Source of the DNA: Myxococcota bacterium
GTDB taxonomy: Bacteria; Myxococcota; JACRCW01
Reading direction: 5' to 3'
Assembly: GCA_040752415.1 (NCBI GenBank)
Contig: JBFMGU010000321.1
Location: forward strand, 1-11,211
DNA length: 11,211 nucleotides
Shown: positions 1 through 5,630 of the stretch, piece by piece
Layout: each line of letters starts with the position of its first letter
Numbering within the stretch: the first letter of the stretch is position 1
The notes under the pieces: generated by a model
Told to the model about the DNA's origin: nothing
Databases searched by the model: none
Seen by the model: the letters and a program-made list of their open reading frames with translations, nothing else
Made by a program: the position numbers and the translations under genes

Positions 1-112
1 CCATTTCGCCGCCCGAAGCGCGTGCCGACTCGTGGCGGACGCTCCATGTCCAGCGCAAAGCTCGGACGTGGGACGTGACGGGCAGATCTGTGTTGACATT
101 CCCTCCCACAAA

Positions 113-178
113 AGGACTGACTGGGGTTGGGCCCCCGTTGGCCTCTCGGACCGTGCACGCTGTTCCGACGTCAGTCCT
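113..178. other. Three-way-junction stem-loop; on the - strand it is followed by a short T run (terminator-like)
   Basis: Perfect 9-bp inverted repeat AGGACTGAC 113-121 / GTCAGTCCT 170-178, enclosing GGGGT 123-127 / GCCCC 131-135 and TCGGA 146-150 / TCCGA 164-168. AAAA at 110-113 reads TTTT on the - strand. Confidence 0.4.
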
Positions 179-315
179 GCGACACGACAAACCCGGCCCA
201 GTGGTGAGCAGGACGTACCCGTTTCTGATGCCTGCCAATCTCATTGGCGGAGCCAAGAGCGTCGTCCCAATTGAGCCGCACCCAACCCACATTCCGCAAG
301 CCACCTCCCTACCGC

Positions 316-379
316 CACCAAGGTAGAGCCCTGCCGACGATGACGTCGTGGAAGTGGTCCACGAGGGCAGGGCTTGGTG
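316..379. other. Long interrupted stem-loop
   Basis: CACCA 316-320 / TGGTG 375-379, AGCCCTGCC 327-335 / GGCAGGGCT 366-374, and apical TCGTGGA 346-352 / TCCACGA 358-364. Confidence 0.5.
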
Positions 380-382
380 AAT

Positions 383-647
383 TTCCAGGTGCAGCCTCGG
401 CTGCCGGCGATACCGACGGTCGCCTGATCCGCATCACGTGGGCAGTGCTTGCCCCCTTCCCCGCAGCGGTTGACGTCGACGCAGCGGGTGTGGGGAAGGG
501 GGGCGAGCGAGCGCACGGCTTGAACGTGGGGGGTTGGGTGTTCGCCCGCCTCGCCCCCACGGCGAGACCGTTCCCACGCGCCCTCCGACCCGAGCCGTCG
601 TCGGCGGAAGGCTGGTTTTCCGTCGGGAGGCCCTTTCCAACCTGGAA
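383..647 (+). ncRNA. Candidate large structured non-coding RNA domain, class unknown
   Basis: Closing stem TTCCAGGT 383-390 / ACCTGGAA 640-647. It encloses nested helices 391-395/400-404, 406-411/419-424, 425-428/433-436, 437-442/573-578, 447-465/489-508 (19 bp), 515-522/563-571, 525-532/554-561, 582-589/622-630, 594-597/602-605 and 606-611/616-621. Most non-Watson-Crick pairs are G-U on the + strand. No convincing ORF covers it. Confidence 0.5.
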
Positions 648-804
648 TCCCACACCCCGCCACCCCGGCGCTGCTTGACCGGCGTCACGCTCGCGCAGCC
701 GCGGTCGATGCCATGCTCGCCCTTGCCGCGCGCGGCCAGGCTGACCTACGACCACGCAGTCCGCGCGAACCTGCGTCGGGAGAGAACGGGGAGTGGTCAT
801 CATC

Positions 805-2673
805 ATGCTGCGCACATCCGTCTTCGGCCTGCTCGTCAGCTGCCTCTGGGCCACCAACGCCGTTGCCGCCGAGGGAACGGCCTCCGGCGCGTTGAAGGTG
901 CTGGTGCCCAACATTTCCGCGCCGCCTTCCGTGCTGGAGAAGCTGCAACTGCAGGGCCCCGCGCTCACCGCCTCCGTCACCCAGACCGTCCGGGATGGGC
1001 TCCACCTGCAGGCGCTCTCCGCCAGTGAGCTCGTGGCCGTCCTCGACGAGACCAACAAGGCCAAGGCCGGTTGCGAGGACCTGTCCTGCTCCCTGGAGCT
1101 GGCGCGGCTCTCCAAGGCCAACCTGGTGCTGCGCACGGAGCTGGGGCAGGTAGGGAGCAGCATCGTCGTCACCGCGTCGGTGATCAACGTGGGTGATGGA
1201 CGGGTGGCCAACACGGTGACGCACAGCGTGGCCACGCCGGACGTCGTCACGCAGGCGCTGGGGTACGTGGTGATGAAGGCGTTCGGTCGGGAGGTGGCGC
1301 CGCCCGCGTCCGCTCCGCCCGCGCAGGCCGCCGGTCCCAGGGAGCGCGTGCTGGTCATGCCGCCGCAGGTGACGGCGGGATTGCTGGACCCGGCCGCGCA
1401 GGTGGGTCTCAGCAGCAAGGCTGCGGGCACGGTCACCAAGCTGGGCAGCTATGACGTCCTCACCAGCGACGACGCCAAGAACATGCTCCAGAGCCAGGCC
1501 GACCTGCAGGCCCTGGGCGAGGGCAACCCCGACGTGTTCGCCAAGGTGGCCAGCGCCATGAACGCGCGCTACCTCGTCACCTCGACGGTCGCCAAGACCG
1601 GGACCACCATCCTGGTGACCGCGACCCTCGTCGACAGCCAGGCCGCCAGCGTGGTGAACCGGGGCACGGTGACGGTGCCGCGCGCGGAACAGCTCGACGC
1701 CGCCATGGACGTGGCCATCAAGCGCGTCTTTGGCGTGGCCGCGGAGCTCCCGCCCCCGCCCCCCTCCAGCCCCAACCAGTTCGAGCAGGCGCTCAAGGCC
1801 CTCTCCGCCGACGTCAAGAACGCCTGGACCGCCATGGGCGGCGCCGGCACGCTGGCGGTGGTCCCGTTCTCCGAGGGCAGCTCCCGTGCCCGTGACGCGA
1901 AGATCGGCAAGCAGGCGGGCGGCTTCCTGCGCCATGTCCTCTCGACGGAGTACGGCCTGAAGGTGGCCCCCGCCGAGCAGGTCACCAACGCCACGAAGAA
2001 CAAGGACGTCATCAAGGACGGCGCCGTCAACTCCGACGCGCTGCAGGAGGCGGGACTGGCGCTGGGAGCGCAGGCGCTGGTGGTGGGCAGCGTGGAGGAC
2101 GTGGGCACCGACTACATGCTGATGGTGCGCCTGGTGAAGACGGTGAAGGCGGAGGAGGTGTGGGCCGGCCACGTCATCCTGCCCAAGCCGGACAGCGCCG
2201 CGCTGCTGCCCAAGGGCGCTGTCGTCGTGCGGACGCGCACGGAGTCCATGTTCCGCGCCATCGTTCCCGGCGGTGGACAGGTGTTCAACGGTCAGGCCTG
2301 GAAGGCGCCGCTGTTCATCATCCCCACCGTCGTCAGCCTGCTGCTTGCGCCGCTGCCCATCCTGGCCGGTATCGCCGTGGCGGCCTACGGCCAGTACCTG
2401 TGGAACGACAAGGTCATTCTCTTCAACCTGGCGTCGTTCGGCCTCCCCGCCGCCGGCGACAACTGCATCAACTACCAGTTCAACCACCCCGAGGCGAAAG
2501 ACCAGGAGGTGGCCGGCTACTGCACGCAACAGGCAAACCAGTACGCCGGGATGGGGGCCGCCATTGCCGCGGTGACCCTCGCGCCTATGATCGTCTTTGG
2601 CATCTTCTACGCGCTCGGCTTCGTCGACGCCGCCATCTTCGGTGAGGACTACTCCGACCTCGCCGCCGAATAG
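805..2673 (+). CDS. Exported protein with three tandem CsgG/FlgO/TolB-N-like alpha/beta domains and a C-terminal DUF5683-like membrane region
   Basis: Long ORF with strong G/C third-position bias. ATG 805 follows GGGGAG at 788-793; GTG 793 is an alternative start. Signal peptide MLRTSVFGLLVSCLWATNAVA|AE. Three repeats begin with a KVLVP / RVLVMP / TLAVVPF strand and end with an 'A-x-x-(L/V)-(L/V)...(V/L)-(I/V)-(N/D/K)' sheet, separated by Pro-rich linkers. Then SMFRAIVPGGGQVFNG (PGxGQxxN motif) and hydrophobic helices. Family names come from motif recall. Confidence 0.8.
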   Translation: MLRTSVFGLLVSCLWATNAVAAEGTASGALKVLVPNISAPPSVLEKLQLQGPALTASVTQTVRDGLHLQALSASELVAVLDETNKAKAGCEDLSCSLELARLSKANLVLRTELGQVGSSIVVTASVINVGDGRVANTVTHSVATPDVVTQALGYVVMKAFGREVAPPASAPPAQAAGPRERVLVMPPQVTAGLLDPAAQVGLSSKAAGTVTKLGSYDVLTSDDAKNMLQSQADLQALGEGNPDVFAKVASAMNARYLVTSTVAKTGTTILVTATLVDSQAASVVNRGTVTVPRAEQLDAAMDVAIKRVFGVAAELPPPPPSSPNQFEQALKALSADVKNAWTAMGGAGTLAVVPFSEGSSRARDAKIGKQAGGFLRHVLSTEYGLKVAPAEQVTNATKNKDVIKDGAVNSDALQEAGLALGAQALVVGSVEDVGTDYMLMVRLVKTVKAEEVWAGHVILPKPDSAALLPKGAVVVRTRTESMFRAIVPGGGQVFNGQAWKAPLFIIPTVVSLLLAPLPILAGIAVAAYGQYLWNDKVILFNLASFGLPAAGDNCINYQFNHPEAKDQEVAGYCTQQANQYAGMGAAIAAVTLAPMIVFGIFYALGFVDAAIFGEDYSDLAAE

Positions 2674-2682
2674 GCCGCTCCG

Positions 2683-3048
2683 CTACGGCCGCCACTGCGC
2701 CAGCACCGCGTCCACGAACCTGACCACGTGACGCAGGTCGGCGGCCTTGTCGAAGAACGGACAGCCCAACGCCAGCGCGCTCTCCGCGCAGTCCGGGCTC
2801 GACATGAAGATCACGCAGGTGGGGCCGGCGCTCATGATGGTCCGCGCGGCCTCCACGCCGCCCAGCCCGGGCATCTTGACGTCCATCAGCACCACGTCGG
2901 GGAGGGTCCGCGCCGCCTTCTGCACCGCGTCGTCACCATCCAACGCCGTCTCCACAATGGCGCCCGCGCTGCGCAGCTGTCGCGACACCGCGCGCACCAC
3001 CACATCTTCATCGTCGACGAGGAGAATCCGTTTTCCGGTCAGCGCCAT
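2683..3048 (-). CDS. Stand-alone response regulator receiver (CheY-like), 121 aa
   Basis: RILLVDDE acidic pocket, LMDVKMP phospho-acceptor Asp, FMSS Ser/Thr position and FFDK conserved Lys. No output domain. ATG 3048 has GGGGA just upstream, so it is preferred over the ORF-track start at 3123. Confidence 0.9.
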   Translation of the reverse strand: MALTGKRILLVDDEDVVVRAVSRQLRSAGAIVETALDGDDAVQKAARTLPDVVLMDVKMPGLGGVEAARTIMSAGPTCVIFMSSPDCAESALALGCPFFDKAADLRHVVRFVDAVLAQWRP

Positions 3049-3073
3049 GGTGTCCCCGCTGTCACGGGACACC
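3049..3073 (-). promoter_or_regulatory. Hairpin sequestering the Shine-Dalgarno of the receiver gene
   Basis: The - strand reads GGTGTCCC-GTGACAGCG-GGGACACC-ATG. This is a perfect 8-bp stem whose 3' arm holds the SD and abuts the start codon. Confidence 0.45.
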
Positions 3074-3099
3074 CGCCCGGTTGGTGTCTGGCAAGGTCC

Positions 3100-3115
3100 G
3101 TCAAGGGTCCTGCCA
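3100..3115 (-). promoter_or_regulatory. Putative sigma54 (-24/-12) promoter of the receiver gene
   Basis: The - strand reads TGGCAGGACCCTTGAC against consensus TGGCACG-N4-TTGCW. Spacing is correct, but there are mismatches at the C of GCAC and at -12/-11 (TTGAC for TTGCW). It lies about 50 nt upstream of the ATG. Confidence 0.35.
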
Positions 3116-3180
3116 CCTGACATGTCATCTACGGCCTCCGCACCCCCGGATCGCCGAAAAACGAAACTACCAGATTACGT

Positions 3181-3936
3181 TTACGGGCGATGGACTTCGT
3201 CGGATCGATCCGAAGATCCTGATCTTCTCGTCGGATGGTGTAGGTATGTTTCGGTGCGCCTTAGGATGCCACGCAAGATTCGCGCCTCTCGGGCGTCGGG
3301 TGTGCGGCGCATCACGAAGCGCCAGATGTGGCCCATCATCCGCTCGGCCCGGTTGCCACGCAGGAACTCCACCCGGGTCAGGACGCGCTGAAGGTGAACC
3401 TGCAGCTCCCGCAGGTCGTTGGGGGCGGCCGCGGCCAGGTTTCTCGACGTGGTGGCGCCGCGTTGGCGCTTGAGCTCATAGGCCCACAAGGCCACCGCGT
3501 GGGACAGGTTCAGGCTTGGGCATGGCTCCTCCGTGGGGATGCGGACCGCCCAGTGGCACAGGGCCATCTCCCCGGTACGCAGGCCGTCATCCTCCCGTCC
3601 GAACACCGCCGCCACCCGCGCCGGTGCATCCGTCACCAGGCGCGACACCGCAGCCTCCAGCTGCAGCTCATCACCGCGCTGCTTGCCACCACGCGCCGTG
3701 AATCCCAGGACGGTGTGCGCGTGCGTGAGAGCCTCCTCCAACGTTGCCACCGTCCGCGCGCGTTCGATCACCGGCGTCCCGGAGCGCGCCAGGTTCTGCG
3801 CCTGGGGGTGCTGCAGCAATCCTGGAGCGGGGTTCACCAGGACCAGGTCGTGAAGGCCGAAGTTGGCCATGGCGCGCGCCACACTGCCCACGTTGGCCGC
3901 GAACCTCGGCTCCACCAGCACCACCGTCACATCCAT
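3181..3936 (-). CDS. trmJ: tRNA (cytidine/uridine-32-2'-O)-methyltransferase, TrmJ/LasT family (SPOUT)
   Basis: Motifs VVLVEPRFAANVGSVARAMANFG, VFGREDDGL, PSLNLSHAV and the C-terminal helical EARILRGIL typical of TrmJ. ATG 3936 follows GGAG, and the family N-terminus begins there rather than at 4074. Confidence 0.9.
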   Translation of the reverse strand: MDVTVVLVEPRFAANVGSVARAMANFGLHDLVLVNPAPGLLQHPQAQNLARSGTPVIERARTVATLEEALTHAHTVLGFTARGGKQRGDELQLEAAVSRLVTDAPARVAAVFGREDDGLRTGEMALCHWAVRIPTEEPCPSLNLSHAVALWAYELKRQRGATTSRNLAAAAPNDLRELQVHLQRVLTRVEFLRGNRAERMMGHIWRFVMRRTPDAREARILRGILRRTETYLHHPTRRSGSSDRSDEVHRP

Positions 3937-4181
3937 GCCCGCTCCACCGTCCGCAGAGGCATCCCAGCATGACACGCCCTGTGACGGAGGTGGGCGCCCC
4001 GGCGCCTCCCGTCCGCGCACCAGCCCACGCCTCCGCACCCACCCGGTGAACTCCAGATGACATCTGCCAGTCACGGATTGCGGCAGCGGCCTCGCCCGTC
4101 ACATTCCGCCGAGCGGGCCGTCCTCCCGACGCAGTCGTGTTCCCAACAGGGCCTTTGCCCGCGGCTCAAGGAGTCGTCGCC

Positions 4182-5585
4182 ATGGGCTCGTCCGTGATGC
4201 CGTTGCTGCTGCCCGCGTTGTTGCTGCCCGGTGCCAGCGCCGACCTTCCCTTGGAATGCCAGGAGATCAACAACCACCACCCCACCTTGCCGGAGTGCAC
4301 GGAGGACGACATCCGGTTCCGCGATGACACGATCGTCGTCCGCGGCGAGGTGACCTGCACGCTGTCCCGGATCGCGGAGGATGTCCCGGAGCGGGCGCTG
4401 TCCCGGCTGGAAGACGTGGCCAATGGGTGGCGGCTGGGCGCGCCGCTGCTCCTGGAGGAAGGGGCCCGGCTCCACCTCCACGGGTCCGGCGCCGGCGGGG
4501 ACGTGGACCTGCTGCGACTGCGCAGTGACTCCGACGAGTTCGTCGACATCCGTGCGGAGTGGGGAAGCATAGACATCCGGGCCACGCGCATCGTCGGCTG
4601 GGACACCAGGCATGACGCCCCGGACCAAGACCACGACGACGGACGCGCCTACATCCACGTCCGGTCCTTCAAGGACGGAGACCGGGCGCGGGAGTCCCGC
4701 ATGGACATTGCGGACAGCGAGCTCAGCCACCTCGGCTACTTCGGCGGGTCCGCCTACGGCCTCTCCTGGCGGGTGGACGACACGGGGAGCAGCGGCGAGG
4801 ACTCACCGGTGTTCGACGAGGTGGAGGTCTACGGCACGGTCCGGAACAGCCACATCCACCACGCCTACTACGGCATCTACTCGTGGGGCGCGCTGTGCAT
4901 GGAGATCGTCGGAAACGAGCTCCACGACAACGTCATGTACGGCATTGATCCGCATGACAACTCGGACCACCTCCTCATTGCCAGCAACTACGTCCATCAC
5001 AACGGGCAGCACGGCATCATCTGCTCCAAGAACTGCGACCACCTGGTCATCCGCAACAACATCTCCGCACACAACGCCAACCACGGGATCATGCTGCACA
5101 TGAACGTCACCGACTCCGTGGTGGAGAGCAACCGGGTCCATGGCAACGGCTCCTGCGGCATCGCCGTGTTCGAGAGCCACCGCAACCTCGTCGTGGGCAA
5201 TGATTCGTTCGACAACGAGACGGGCATCCGCGTGTACCGCGGCAGCGTCGACAACCACTTCGAGGACAACGTGCTCCACGACAACGAGAGCGGCCTGTAC
5301 TTCTCGGACGGCGCGGACGACAACGTTGCGGTCCACAACATCCTCTTTGACAACGACGACGACCTGGACGGCGACCGCCTTCGCAGCCAGGACGTCGACG
5401 ACAACTCGTTCGAGCGGATTGACGGCCACGATCATCCACCGGGCGAGGACGGGGTCCCGCTGGACCAGGACGCGCGGCCCCCACGCTTCTTCACCGACGA
5501 CCCCATCTACCGCGTCATCCGCGCGACGACGGTGCCCCCGCTGCACCACCCGGACGTGGCGGTGGACGCCGTGCCAGGTAAGTGA
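4182..5585 (+). CDS. Secreted right-handed parallel beta-helix protein, AlgG-like polysaccharide (mannuronan) C5-epimerase family
   Basis: AAGGAG at 4168-4173 before ATG 4182, and a hydrophobic signal peptide ending PGASA. PbH1/NosD-like repeats (I..N..HHN..HGI). AlgG-type motifs LGY...AYGLS, YYGIYSW, YGIDPHD (4938-4958) and HGIICSK (5010-5030). Confidence 0.85.
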   Translation: MGSSVMPLLLPALLLPGASADLPLECQEINNHHPTLPECTEDDIRFRDDTIVVRGEVTCTLSRIAEDVPERALSRLEDVANGWRLGAPLLLEEGARLHLHGSGAGGDVDLLRLRSDSDEFVDIRAEWGSIDIRATRIVGWDTRHDAPDQDHDDGRAYIHVRSFKDGDRARESRMDIADSELSHLGYFGGSAYGLSWRVDDTGSSGEDSPVFDEVEVYGTVRNSHIHHAYYGIYSWGALCMEIVGNELHDNVMYGIDPHDNSDHLLIASNYVHHNGQHGIICSKNCDHLVIRNNISAHNANHGIMLHMNVTDSVVESNRVHGNGSCGIAVFESHRNLVVGNDSFDNETGIRVYRGSVDNHFEDNVLHDNESGLYFSDGADDNVAVHNILFDNDDDLDGDRLRSQDVDDNSFERIDGHDHPPGEDGVPLDQDARPPRFFTDDPIYRVIRATTVPPLHHPDVAVDAVPGK

Positions 5586-5603
5586 CTTACCCCGGAAGGT
5601 AAG
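5586..5603 (-). terminator. Hairpin between convergent genes (possible terminator or 3' stabiliser, no U tract)
   Basis: The - strand reads CTTACCT-TCCG-GGGTAAG, a 7-bp stem with one U-G pair and a UNCG-type loop, ~30 nt past the kinase stop codon. Confidence 0.3.
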
Positions 5604-5630
5604 ACAGGACGGCCGCGGGCTCGGTTGTGT

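Noticed and set aside
186..201. GACAAACCCGGCCCA resembling the RNase P RNA 3' end
   Set aside because: It lacks GGCTTA, and no other RNase P conserved regions are visible upstream.
307..374. GTAG plus palindrome as a REP/REPIN element
   Set aside because: Single copy, no short REP-type palindrome directly after GTAG, and no RAYT transposase in the window.
365..410. Cobalamin-riboswitch-like hairpin CTTGGTGAATTTCCAGG
   Set aside because: It lacks the preceding GGGAA, the CTG..CCCC..CTGT segment and the B12 box.
383..647. Retron msr-msd interpretation (terminal inverted repeats, short hairpins, then long arms)
   Set aside because: No reverse transcriptase follows. The long arms carry G-U pairs that favour the RNA strand rather than a cDNA hairpin. 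Revisit only if an RT lies left of the window.
244..678. 144-aa + strand ORF (or 112 aa from ATG 340) over the structured region
   Set aside because: Many codons end in A/T compared with the real genes, there is no clear RBS and no recognisable domain. Not fully excluded without a homology search.
685..2529. 614-aa - strand ORF, and the 376-aa ORF 309-1439
   Set aside because: Antisense shadows of the real 805-2673 gene, expected with strong G/C codon bias. No recognisable motifs.
2673..2690. GGCCG/CGGCC inverted repeat at the convergent junction as a terminator
   Set aside because: Only 5 bp with no U tract, which is expected by chance at this GC content.
5575..5583. CAGGTAAGT matches the eukaryotic 5' splice-site consensus
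   Set aside because: The context is clearly bacterial (SD sequences, uninterrupted ORFs), so this is coincidence.
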